Assembly (NCBI GenBank): GCA_016748015.1
Contig: JAAOMT010000776.1
Location: 366,305 to 430,304, forward strand
Direction of reading: 5' to 3'
DNA length: 64,000 bases
Source of the DNA: Geosiphon pyriformis uo1
Taxonomy: Eukaryota; Fungi; Glomeromycota
Below the pieces are notes generated by a model. It saw only the letters and a program-made list of their open reading frames with translations. It was not told the origin of the DNA and ran no database searches. Shown in pieces: positions 52,676 through 64,000 of this stretch (its first letter is position 1; each line of letters starts with the position of its first letter). Position numbers and translations under genes: made by a program.

Positions 52676-53802
52676 TGACAGTACAACCTTTCAAACCAAA
52701 CTAACTTAATTATTAGTAACTTTCTTATAAACAAACATGATAATGGACTTGAACAACTATTCTGTCTTAATGAAATTTTTGGATAAAAGACAATACCCAC
52801 CAGACTACACTTGACAACAAAGAGAACATTTATGCAAACAATCAAATTTCTATTTGATCCATAAGAACCAGTTATACAAAAGAAACAAAAAAAATCCTGA
52901 CCACTCTTAAAGAGTCATAAGATTTAAAGAAAGAGAAATTGTAATCTACAACATGCATACTGATCTATTAGCTGGACATTTTGGAAAAACAAAGACAATT
53001 CAGAAAACTTTAGCTTGCTATTATTGGCCTACCTTGGGAAAAGACATTGCTGAATACATCAAAATCTGTAACATCTGCCAAACAAGAGGCAAACCTAATC
53101 GCAAAGAAGATATCTATCCAATCTTTGTTGGTCAATTATTTGACAGAATTGGTATAGATGTTGTTGGATCTTTAACAATCACTCCTAATGGCAACAGATA
53201 TATTGTTACGGGTTGGAGTAACAAGCTAACGGATAGCAAGGGAGAACAGTATTGTATGGTGATGGAAATAAACAAAGAAGGAATTACAATAAAGGAGCAA
53301 ATTGAATAAGTAGAAATTCAATGTGCATGATTAGTCTCATAAAAATCACAGTTGCTAATCTTTTCTTAAATCTGAAGGTAGAGAAATAGTCCATGATTAT
53401 CAACAAGATAACACCACTGCTATTATTCTATGCCTCAACTCAGCAATTCTTAGAATCAATAACAGGTATTGTTGTACTTTTCAATTGTTTCTTTATTCAA
53501 TGAATTACAAGAGCAAGCCAATTGCTTTTCAGGCTAATTCTAACAAATACAAATCAAGAAAGGGAAAAGATAAGGTATGTAAATGCCAACAATTAGATAC
53601 TTAAAGGTAAGGAAAGGGGAATAAGTGATTATGAGAGAAAGTAATTAATATTGTTTATTTCATTACTTTGATCATGTTTTTCTACAGCTAAGGGAATCAT
53701 CACTTATATAGCTATCTAAAGTGGTCAATGATCAGGTCAACAATCACTATCTAAAAATAGGGTGGCTAATTATATGACATCAGTGGCTAATACATGTGAT
53801 AA

Positions 53803-54459
53803 TTAATAAAAACTATGTGTTTCAACTATAACATCATCTTCTCCAAAGAGATTGAGCTCCGGCAAAATCAAACTATTTATGGGATAGTCTATGTAAAGGG
53901 TTTTGTCTAACTCAAAACTAACTAGTTTGTTGAAGTCTTTTGTGGATAGAGTATATAGTACTTGAGGCGAAATAAGCTTTGTATCCAAGAGACCAAATCT
54001 TTGTATAAAAGTTCTGGCTCTTCTTGCAATGGTCAAAACTCTTGGGACATCTAAACGTATAATGCCCAAAATTTCCACTTGTATCTCTGAAGTTATTTTC
54101 TTCATGAGCTTCATGTCTTCTATGATTTCACCAAGACAACCATAGAGTTTTAGTTGTCTTCCATATGACAAGTTTTTGTCTATGGGCAAGATTTCTTGTA
54201 TTGTTTTTCCAATTGTGCTGGAAGGTGAAAGTATTGCTGCTGTTATGCTTTCCAGCAGGTATTTATCTATTTTGCCACCAATTTTTTCTCTTCTGGTAGT
54301 TGTTTTTTTTGGTCTAATAACAGTGTAAGTTTCACTGTTGTCTGTTATAGTGGTTTGTTTTCCGATAGTCAGAATAGCATTTGGATAATTCTTGATCCAG
54401 TACTCATGGAGAGTATAGAAAGTGTTTTGAATGTTTTGATCCAGGAAATAATTGTTCAT
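53803..54459 (-). CDS. Intact family A ORF-X (218 aa from MNNYFLDQ), function unknown
   Basis: Uninterrupted ORF; homologues in six other copies; the last 10 codons lie in the LTR. Confidence 0.8.
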   Translation of the reverse strand: MNNYFLDQNIQNTFYTLHEYWIKNYPNAILTIGKQTTITDNSETYTVIRPKKTTTRREKIGGKIDKYLLESITAAILSPSSTIGKTIQEILPIDKNLSYGRQLKLYGCLGEIIEDMKLMKKITSEIQVEILGIIRLDVPRVLTIARRARTFIQRFGLLDTKLISPQVLYTLSTKDFNKLVSFELDKTLYIDYPINSLILPELNLFGEDDVIVETHSFY

Positions 54460-57378
54460 GTCGATTGAAGATATCTCTGTTTTGGAAATAGTGCATTTAT
54501 TTATATCTAATTTTTGCTGATCATTTGGGTTGGTATTACCACAACAGGTAACCAATCAGGTCGTTTGTGATATTTCTTGAGTTGTGTGCCATGAGCAGGG
54601 CGATTACTAAATATTGTTCCATATTGATCTTGTAAGATATAAGAATCATTGTTCAAAACTTTGTTGACTATAAAGAGTCCTTTCCACCAGCTAGAGAATT
54701 TATCACCATAGACATTGTCTCTGTCTAAACGGTATTCCAAAACTAAGTCACCAACACTTAAGGAAAGTGTTTTATAGGTCTTTTTCTTTTTGAGCTTCTC
54801 TTGGAACTGTTTTATCTTTTCAAAGGCAATTATCCGTGCTTCTACTAATGAGTCAAGAATGGTACCAAGTCTTCTTTGCAAAATGTCCTTGTAATTTCCT
54901 ATTGTTATTTCTTCAAAAGGTATTGTTTCTATATCCATTTCTATTGGTAGAGTTGCCATTCGTCCATAGAGCAGATAAAAGGGTTCATAATTTGTTATGT
55001 CATGATTCACAGTTCTGTAAGCAAACAAGGCTGAAGGCAATACTTTGTCCCATAGGTTGGTTTCTTCACTGGTTTTGGCTAGGGTTTCACATAATGTTCT
55101 ATTGAAACGTTCCACTAGGCCATTTGTTTGGAGGTGATAAGAGGAAAAGAGTTTATGACGTATTCCCATTTTTCTGCAAAGTTCTTCAACCAGTGTACTG
55201 AGAAAAGCTCTTTCTCTATCAGATAAAAGTTTTTTGGGACAGCTGTGGCGACAGATAATATCTTCATAAATGAAATTGGCAATTGAGACTGCTGTTTGAT
55301 CTGGAATAGCTCTTGCTTCTACTCATTTTGTAAGATAGTCAGTAGCTGTGATAATGTATCTGTTGCCATTAGGAATTACTGTTAAATGTCTAACAACATC
55401 TATACCAATTCTATCAAATAGTTAACCAACAGGTTTTGATGTATTTAGCAATGTCTTTTCCCAAGGTAGGCCAATAATAGCAAGCTAAAGTTTTCTGAAT
55501 TGTTTTTGTTTTTCCAAAGTGTCCAGCTAATGGATCAGTGTGCATATTGTAGATCACAATTTCTCTTTCTTCAAATCTAATAACTCTCTAGGAGTGGTCA
55601 GGATTTTTTCTATTTCTTTTATATAACTGGTTCTGGCAAATCAAATAGAAATTTGATTGTTTGCACAAATGTTCTCTTTACTGTTGAGTATAGTCCAGCG
55701 GGTATTGTCCTTTACCCAAAAATTTCATTAAAGCAGAGTAGTTGTCCAAGTCCATTATCGTGTTTGTTTGTAGGGAAGTTACAAATAATTAAGTTGGTTT
55801 GGTTTGAGAAGGTTTTACTATTACTGGATAATAAGTCTGGAGAGAGCATCAGTGTTTTGATGATTAGCTCCTTTGTGGTGTTGAATGTCATAGTTGAATT
55901 CGTCTAAGTGGAATATCCAGCGAGTTATCCGTTTATGTTCCAGGTTTCTTTTGTTGCGTAGCCAAACCAAAGCTTGGTGATCTGTTACCACCAAAAATTT
56001 CACACCCTTAAGATATTTGTCCCAGTAGCTGGTAGCCCAAACTATTGCTAAGCATTCTTGCTCAGTGACTGAGTAGTTTTTTTCTGCTGGTGTGAGAGTT
56101 CTACTGGCATATGCTATGGCATGTTCCCTGCCATCTTCGTCTTTCTGGGAAAGAACAGCACCAAGTTCATAGCCAGATGCATCAGTGTGGAGGAAAAAAG
56201 ATCGATCCAAATTAGGTTGCATGAGGATGGGTTCTGTAACCAGTTTTTCCTTCAGAATTTCAAATGCTTTTTGTTGATGAGTGCCCCAGTGATAATTAAT
56301 GTTTTTCCTAAGTAGCTGATTGAGAGGAGCAGCAATTTTGGAGAAATCCTTGACAAACTTGCGATAATAAAAGGCCAAACCAAGAAAAGAGCGTAGTTCA
56401 TGAACATTCATTGGTTGTCTAATGTTTTGAACTTTTTCAATTTTGGCTGGATCAAGGAAGATTCCATCTTTTGTAATAAGATGGCCAAGGAACTGAATGG
56501 ATTGATGTCCAAAGAATGATTTGATTGGATTAATCTTGAGACCAGCATTTCTAAGGAGGTCAAAAACCTTTTGCAAATGTTCAAGGTGTTCATCCCAAAT
56601 TTTTGAGTATACTGTTATGGTTGAAACACATAGTTTTTATTAATTATCACATGTATTAGCCACTGATGTCATATAATTAGCCACTCTATTTTTAGATAGT
56701 GATCGTTAACCTGATCAATGACCTGACCATTGACCTGATCATTGACCTGATCATTAACCTGATCATTGACCTGATCAATAATCTGATCATTGATCTGATC
56801 GTTGACCACTTTGGATAGCTATATAAGCGATGATTCCCTTAGCTGTAGAAAAACATGATCAAAGTAATGAAATAAACAATATTAATTACTTCCTCTCATA
56901 ATCGCTTATTCCTCTTTCCTTATCTTCAAGTATCTACTTGTTGGCATTTACATATCTTATCTTTTTTCCTTCTTGATTTGTATTTGTTAGAATTAGCCTG
57001 AGAAGCAATTGGCTTGCTCTTGTAATTCATTGAATAAAGAAACAATTAAAAAGTACAACAATATCTGTTATTGATTTTAAGAATCACCGAGTTGAGACAT
57101 AGAATAATAGCAGTGGTGTTATCTTGTTGACAATCACGGACTATTTCTCTACCTTCAAATTTAAGAAAAGATTAGCGACTGTGATTTTTATGAGACTAAT
57201 CACACACATTGAATTTCTACTTATTCAATTTGCTTCCTTATTGTAATTTCTTCTTTGTTTATTTCCATCACCATACAATACTGTTCTCTCTTGCTATCCA
57301 TTAGCTTGTTACTCCAACCCATAACATAAAAGTGGTGCTCCCTGTAAGGTTGTCAAAATTCACTTATTCCCTTATTGT

Positions 57379-58932
57379 ATGGGTGATTACTCATATCTGC
57401 CACAGCAATCAGAAGAACACTTTGCAGCACACAACAGAAATGACCTAGATTTCATTGAACTTAATCCTCTGCCCTTCTGCTTGATCTGCTTTCCCCTTAA
57501 AGAACAATCCAGTAGACAATTCCAAGACTTTTGGAACTGGTTTCTGAATGAGCATTCAGCTAAAACCTATACAGCTTATACGACTTATTACTTTGACCAA
57601 GCTTATTTTGAAAACGACTTTGAAGAAAGAAACAACAGTATCAATCAACTCTTATATTCTGCAATCTTTGAACAACAGCCCCCTGATTTCGAATATCTGA
57701 ATCATCAAATCCACATTTGGATTGCTGCCCATCAAGCAACTGAAACTCCTTTTGAAACAGAAGAAGAAAGCTACCAAACTGCCCCTGTTTTTGATCTTTT
57801 ATCAAGCAAATCAGACTCATCTACACAAATAGTTACTCCTGAACCAATGGCTAATGACCCCATACAAGCAAACATTTTGGCCACCCTCCAAGGTATACAA
57901 ACTGCTCTAGGGCAAAGAAACAACACCCCAATACCATTATTTAGAGGTGATGCACAAGATCCAATTGAATGGTTAAATGACTTTGAAAGAGCCACTACAG
58001 CCAATCAATATAATGATAAGTACAAGTTCCAAATTGTCAGTGGCTATCTTCAAAGATCCCCTGCTACCTGGTTCTCACAAAAAACAGATGCCAATGCCCA
58101 GCAAAGAATCATTAGATGGACACCAGCAAATGTGGGAGAAATCAACACTTCTTTCACTACCCGGTTTGAAAACAAGTTCAGAACCCCAATATTAATATCA
58201 AAATGGCATATGGAATTGGAAAAAAGAACCCAAGGTCCCAGTGAAGTTGTAACCGAATACACCAAAGCAATCAGAAAGTTAATTAAACAAGTAGACACTG
58301 GAAGAAATTGGACAGAAGAGCAGAAAATTCACTCCTTCACAAAAGGATTGAGAACTGATCTATCATATGCTTTTTGGCTCCTCCTGGCCCTGAAAGATAA
58401 TCCCACCATGGATATGGCCATTAAATTAGCACAAAGAATTGAAGACAACCAAAGGATGTACTTGGAATCCACACTACCAGTTTTTGCTCCTGTTCCTGTC
58501 ATGGCTCCTGCCCCTCAAATGGCTGCTACTTCTTTTGCCACTCATATTCAAGATCCAAATGAACAGTTAATAGACAGACTCACAGCAAATCTTGCTTGGT
58601 TATTAGAACCCTTAGCCCAAGCAGTCAGAGAAAATCAGCAACCACAAAGACCCAGATTTAAACCACGTTTCAATCAGCCCCAGCAACCACCTTATCAAAG
58701 ACAACAAAATCATGGCCCACCTGTATGCTATTGCTGTGAATTAACTGAACACTTTTCAAGAGATTACAACAATCCTCCACTGCCTTCACCAGTCCCCAGA
58801 AACAATGATGCTCAGAACAACAAGATCAACAACAACAATGTGCCCAACCAAAAACCCAATCATGCCAACATCAATTTCTTTGAAGAGAATCCCCTAGTTG
58901 AAGCCACTGTTTATCAGCCTTTAAACTGGTAG
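57379..58932 (+). CDS. gag: Family A Gag (open, 517 aa)
   Basis: FRGDAQDPIEWL, RTQGPSEVVTEY capsid-type motifs; degenerate CCHC CYCCELTEHFSRD. Confidence 0.9.
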   Translation: MGDYSYLPQQSEEHFAAHNRNDLDFIELNPLPFCLICFPLKEQSSRQFQDFWNWFLNEHSAKTYTAYTTYYFDQAYFENDFEERNNSINQLLYSAIFEQQPPDFEYLNHQIHIWIAAHQATETPFETEEESYQTAPVFDLLSSKSDSSTQIVTPEPMANDPIQANILATLQGIQTALGQRNNTPIPLFRGDAQDPIEWLNDFERATTANQYNDKYKFQIVSGYLQRSPATWFSQKTDANAQQRIIRWTPANVGEINTSFTTRFENKFRTPILISKWHMELEKRTQGPSEVVTEYTKAIRKLIKQVDTGRNWTEEQKIHSFTKGLRTDLSYAFWLLLALKDNPTMDMAIKLAQRIEDNQRMYLESTLPVFAPVPVMAPAPQMAATSFATHIQDPNEQLIDRLTANLAWLLEPLAQAVRENQQPQRPRFKPRFNQPQQPPYQRQQNHGPPVCYCCELTEHFSRDYNNPPLPSPVPRNNDAQNNKINNNNVPNQKPNHANINFFEENPLVEATVYQPLNW

Positions 58933-58981
58933 ATGCACCTCCAAAGGGTAAGAGTGCAAGCCAATCAGAAGAAAACCCTTT
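58920..58981 (+). promoter_or_regulatory. -1 ribosomal frameshift signal: T TTA AAC plus predicted H-type pseudoknot
   Basis: Heptamer is in the gag frame just before the gag stop; the -1 frame is open into ORF 59016 (protease); also present at 49995 and 33231-33237 (minus strand). Confidence 0.85.
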
Positions 58982-59015
58982 TTACGCTTTTAACTTAACT
59001 GATGATGACCATGAC

Positions 59016-59744
59016 ATGGATGAATTAGCAATCAACCCCTCTGAATCCACAAGAAAGAAGAAGAAAGCCAAAGTTGATTTCGTTCTAGACCCCAATAAAG
59101 CTTCTACATCAACTGCTGACAACAATGAGCCCCCAAAAGCCAAAGTTTTCAAGAACCCTCCAAAGTTAGAACCCCCAGAAATAGTACAAAAATCCAGTCC
59201 CTATTCTGTTGTCAAAGACCTTATGGAAACCCCAGCACATATAACCTTTGGCCAATTGATGACCCATCTACAATTCAGAAAAAATTTTTGCAAATCCCTG
59301 ATTCCAAAGAAAAAGACACCCAAAACCAACAAACGCCCTCGCCAAGCTGGACTTGCTGACAATAGCAATATCACTCCTCTAATTTGTAAAGCCCAAGTGG
59401 CTGGCTACTTCATCGATTTGATCCTAGACAGTGGATCATCTGTTAGTGTTATTGCCAAACACTTTCTTGAAGCAATTGGCAGAAAAATTGATGAACCATC
59501 CACACGACCAATGACCAATGTGCATGGTGATAAGAAGAAAGGGCTTGGCATAGCCAAAGCTATTCCTGTCTGCATCAATGGCATCAGCATTGAAACTGAT
59601 ATGGAAGTGTCTAAAGCAAAAAAATACACCATCATTGTTGGAAATGAATGGCTCAAGAAAGCAAAGACTTTGCTTGATTATGAACTCTGTAAACTAACCA
59701 TCAGATGTGGTGAGAAACCCATTGTGGTTAAGTGTCGCCATTAG
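59016..59744 (+). pseudogene. Family A aspartic protease region
   Basis: LILDSGSSVSVI and IVGNEWL; premature TGG>TAG stop at 59742. Confidence 0.88.
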
Positions 59745-60119
59745 ACAACTCCCCCAGTACCCAAGCAGAGCCCAGAAGAAAATGAATCAGATGAATCAGA
59801 TGATGAAGAAAGTAAGGAAGAAGAAGAACAAGAAGAAACTGCTGAACTCGCCTATACCATCTTCACTAGCAATGGCAAACCACTGGATAATGTTAAGGCA
59901 GATAAAAAAAAAATCATTGTCAATGGCAAGCTGATCTGCTGGCCTTATTATGACATGCTCAGAAGAACCTTTGACAGAAAGCCAGGCAAGAAAGCCAAAT
60001 ACAGTTATTGGTGGCATAGTCCTTGTGCCCAGTGCTGGTGCGACAAACCATTGTATTCTCCTAGCAATGAATGCATGTCCTGCCTGATCTATTACAAAGA
60101 TTGGAAACCAATCAGCTTG

Positions 60120-61850
60120 ACAAAAACAATTCAGAAAACTTTAGCTTGCTATTATTAGCCTATCTTGGGAAAAGACATTGCTGAATACATCAAAACCTGT
60201 GATACCTGCCAAAGAAGAGGAAAACCCAATTGCAAGGAAGATATCCATCCAATCTCTATTGGTCAACCATTTGATAGAATTGGTATAGATGTTGTTGGAC
60301 TTTTAACAGTAACTCCTGATGGCAACAGATACATTATCACAGCTACCGACTATCTTACAAAGTGGGTAGAAGCAAGAGCCACCCCAGATCAAACAACAGT
60401 CTCAATTGCCAATTTCATTTATGAAGATATTATCTGTTGCCATGGCTGCCCCAAAGAACTTTTATCTGATAGAGGAAGAGCTTTTCTCAGTACACTGGTT
60501 GAAAAACTTTGCAGAAAAATGGAAATACGTCATAAACTCTCTTTCCCTTATCACCTCCAAACAGAAACCTTAGCCAAAACCAGTGAAGAAACCAACCTAT
60601 GGGACAAAGTATTGCCTTCAGCCTTGTTTGCTTACAGAACTGTGAATCATGACATAACAAGTTATGAACCCTTTTATCTGTTCTATGGACAAATAGCAAC
60701 TCTACCAATAGAAACGGATATAGAAACAATACCTTTTGAAGAAATAACAATAGGAGATTACAAGGACAATTTGCAAAGAAGACTTGGTACTATTCTTGAC
60801 TCATTAGTAAAAGCACAAATAATTGCCTTTGAAAAAGATAAAACAGTTCCAAGAGAAGCTCAAAAAGAAAAAGACCTATAAAACACTTTCTTTAAGTGTT
60901 GGTGACTTAGTTTTGGAATACCGTTCAGACAGAGACAATGTCTATGGTGATAAATTCTCTAGCTGGTGGAAAGGACTCTTTATAGTCAACAAAGTTTTGA
61001 ACAATGGTTCTTATATCTTACAAGATCAATATGGAACAATATTCAGTGATTACCCTGTTCATGGCACGCGACTCAAGAAATATCACAAACGACCTGATTG
61101 GTTATCTGTTGTGGTAATACCAACCCAAATGATCAGCAAAAATTAGATATAAATAAATGCACTATTCCCAAAACAGAGGTATCTTCAATCGACATGAACA
61201 ATTATTTTCTGGATCAAAACATTCAAAACACTTTCTATACTCTCCATGAGTACTGGATCAAGAACTATCCAAATGCTACTCTGACTATTGGAAAACAAAC
61301 CACTATAACAGACAACAGTAGAACTTACACTGTTATTAGACCAAAGAAAACAACTACCAGAAGAGAAAAAATTGGTGGCAAAATAAATAAATACCTGTTG
61401 GAAAGCATAACAGCAGCAATACTTTTACCTTCCAACACAATTGGAAAAACAATACAAGAAATCTTGCCCATAGACAAAAACTTGTCATATGGAAGACAAC
61501 TAGAACTTTATGGTCATCTTGGTGAAATCATAGAAGACATGAAGCTCATAAAGAAAATAACTTCAGAGATACAAGTGGAAATTTTGGGCATTATATGATT
61601 AGATGTTCCAAGAGTTTTGATCATTGCAAGAAGAGCCAAAATTCTTATACAAAGTTTTGGTCTTCTGAATACAAAACTCATTTCACCTCAAGTGCTATAT
61701 ATTTTATCCACAAAAGACTTCAACAAACTAGTTAGCTTTAAGTTAGATAAAACCTTTCCAATAGATTACACCATAAATAGCTTGATTTTGCCAGAGCTCA
61801 ATCTCTTTGAAAAAGATGATGTTATGATTGAAACTTATACTTCTTATTAA
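60120..61850 (+). pseudogene. Family A integrase (N-truncated, frameshifted) and ORF-X of copy W
   Basis: ORFs 60165, 60823, 61098 and 61617. Confidence 0.88.
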
Positions 61851-64000
61851 TTATCACATGTATTAGCCACTGATGTCATATAAATTAGCCATTCTATTTT
61901 TAGATAGTGATCATTGACCTGATCAATAACCTGACCGTTGACCTGATTATTGACCTGATCATTGACCTGATCAATGACCTGATCATTGACCTGGTCGTTG
62001 ACCACTTTAGATAGCTATATAAGCAATGATTCTCTTAGCTGTAGAAAGACATGATCAAAGTAATGAAATAAACAATATTAATTACTTCCTCTTATAATCG
62101 CTTATTCCCCTTTCCTTACCTTCAAGTATCTAATTGTTGGTATTCACATATCTTATCTTTTCCCCTTCTTGATTTGTATTTGTTAGAATTAGCCTGAAAA
62201 GCAATTGGCTTGCTCTTGTAATTCATTGAATAAAGAAACAATTGAAAAGTACAACAATACCTGTTATTGATTCTAAGAATTGCCAAGTTGAGACATAGAA
62301 TAATAGCAGTGGTGTTATCTTGTTGACAATTATGGACTATTTCTCTACCTTCAGATTTAAGAAAAGATTAGCAACTGTGATTTTTATGAGACTGATCACG
62401 CACATTGAATTTCTACTTATTTAATTCGCTCTCTTATTGTAATTTCTTCTTTGTTTATTTCCATTACCATACAATACTGTTCTCCCTTGCTATCCGTTAG
62501 CTTGTTACTCCAACCTGTAACAATACCATTATGTCATCCAAGTAGACTAGAACAAAGATTTTTTTTACTGATTCAAATACTTTGTCTATTAAGTGTTGAA
62601 AGGTGGGGGGAGCATTTGTGAGACCAAAAGACATGACTGTGAATTCATAGATACCATACTTGGTGATGAAGGCAGTTTTCTTTCTGCTTTCTGGATCCAT
62701 CTCTACTTGTCAGAATTCAGCAGTTAAGTCAATGGTTGAGAAGAAAGCAGCACCATGGAATTGGTCTAGCATTGCATTAATCTTGGAAAGTGGATACATG
62801 TCTCTTTCAGTAATGGCATTTAATTGGCAATAGTCAACACAAAAGCATAGGGTTCCTCCTTTCTTGGATACCACTACAACTGGGAATGCCCATTCACTCT
62901 TGGTTTCCTGTATGAATCCAAGGGTTTTCATTCGGGTTATTTCCTTTTTGATAAACTTATCATTGCGTCAGTTGGATTGATAAGGCTTCAAATAGATGGG
63001 GCGAGTTTTTCTGGTGATGATGGTGTGTTGTATCACATGTGTATGTCCAGGAGGTTCACCTTCTTTTGAGATAACTGGGCTGTTTCTAGCCAGCAGGTTT
63101 TCAATGTCTACTTTTCTTTCTTCTGGAGAGAGTTCTCTTTGTTCTACAACCAGTGATTGGATTTCAGGTGGTTTGTTTTCAAAAGACTTTTGGACTTCTT
63201 TTATTTCCTCTCAGGGTATCAAGCTGATTGGTTCTCAATCTTTGTAATAGATCAGGCAGGACATGCATTCATCACTAGGAGAGTACAATGGTTTGTCGCA
63301 CCAGCACCGGGCACAAGGACTATGCCACCAATAACTGTATTTGGCTTTCTTGCCTGGCTTTCTGTCAAAGGTTCTTTTGAGCATGTCATAATAAGGCCAG
63401 CAGATCAGCTTGCCATTGACAATGATTTTTTTTTTATCTGCCTTAACATTATCCAGTGGTTTGCCATTGCTAGTGAAGATGGTATAGGCGAGTTCAGCAG
63501 TTTCTTCTTGTTCTTCTTCTTCCTCACTTTCTTCATCATCTGATTCATCTGATTCATTTTCTTCTGGGCTCTGCTTGGGTACTGGGGGAGTTGTCTAATG
63601 GCGACACTTAACCACAATGAGTTTCTCACCACATTTGATGGTTAGTTCACAGAATTCATAATCAAGCAAAGCTTTTGCTTTCTTGAGCCATTCATTTCCA
63701 ACAATGATGGTGTATTTTTTTGCTTTAGACACTTCCATATCAGTTTCAATGCTGATGCCATTGATGCAGACAGGAATAGCTTTGGCTATGCCAAGCCCTT
63801 TCTTCTTATCACCATGCACATTGGTCATTGGTCGTGTGGATGGTTCATCAATTTTTCTGCCAATTGCTTCAAGAAAGTGTTTGGCAATAACACTAACAGA
63901 TGATCCACTGTCTAGGATCAAATCGATGAAGTAGCCAGCCACTTGGGCTTTACAAATTAGAGGAGTGATATTGCTATTGTCAGCAAGTCCAGCTTGGCGA

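Larger units (their letters stand above)
47652..53203 (+). mobile_element. Family A element (copy Y): 5' LTR 47652-48401, gag, PR-RT-RNase H, integrase N-part
   Basis: LTR, PBS, gag fragments, LILDSG, RT; interrupted at 53204 by copy Z. Confidence 0.94.
56613..62522 (+). mobile_element. Family A2 element (copy W) with RT/RNase H deleted; LTRs 56613-57326 and 61820-62522
   Basis: 4-bp TSD atac (56609-56612 and 62523-62526); PBS 57333-57349; the PR-downstream region is fused to integrase at ~60120. Confidence 0.95.
53204..64000 (-). mobile_element. Family A2 element (copy Z): 3' LTR 53204-53833, ORF-X, integrase, RNase H/RT to 56612; resumes at 62523-64000 (RT N-part, PR)
   Basis: Minus-strand ORFs 53803, 54507, 55821, 62710 and 63595; RT rejoins across TSD atac. 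Confidence 0.93.

Noticed and set aside
53803-54555. ORF-X as an env gene, making these endogenous retroviruses
   Set aside because: Too short, with no signal peptide, fusion peptide or transmembrane helix.
54500-54560. Frameshift fusion of integrase to ORF-X (the frames overlap)
   Set aside because: There is no canonical slippery heptamer, ORF-X has its own conserved ATG, and family B has a non-coding gap at this position.

Overview
This 64-kb window is AT-rich, CpG-depleted eukaryotic DNA made almost entirely of nested, partly decayed retroelements. I see no host gene, RNA gene or CRISPR array. The protein style suggests an early-diverging (Glomeromycota/Mucoromycota-like) fungus, which is an inference. 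Contents: (A) about 8 copies or fragments of a Ty3/Gypsy family with ~630-750 bp LTRs; (B) one full-length 9.9-kb dUTPase-carrying Ty3/Gypsy element (8703-18606); (D) two copies of a 2.6-kb non-autonomous LTR derivative; (E) a solo LTR; (L) an APE-RT-RNaseH LINE family; and (C) a 2.6-kb ORF1-only poly(A) element that shares the LINE 3' tail. Target-site duplications (TSDs) allow much of the nesting to be reconstructed, including a 27-kb nest at 8294-35545. The main observation is that families A and B, although highly divergent, share an unusual multi-cistronic layout. Pol stops after RNase H, integrase is a separate ATG-initiated ORF behind a G-poor ~60-nt spacer, and a further non-Env ORF (ORF-X) reads through the polypurine tract (PPT) into the 3' LTR. 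Family A also has a U_UUA_AAC slippery site with a predicted pseudoknot for -1 frameshifting. All alignments were done by eye and no database searches were possible.
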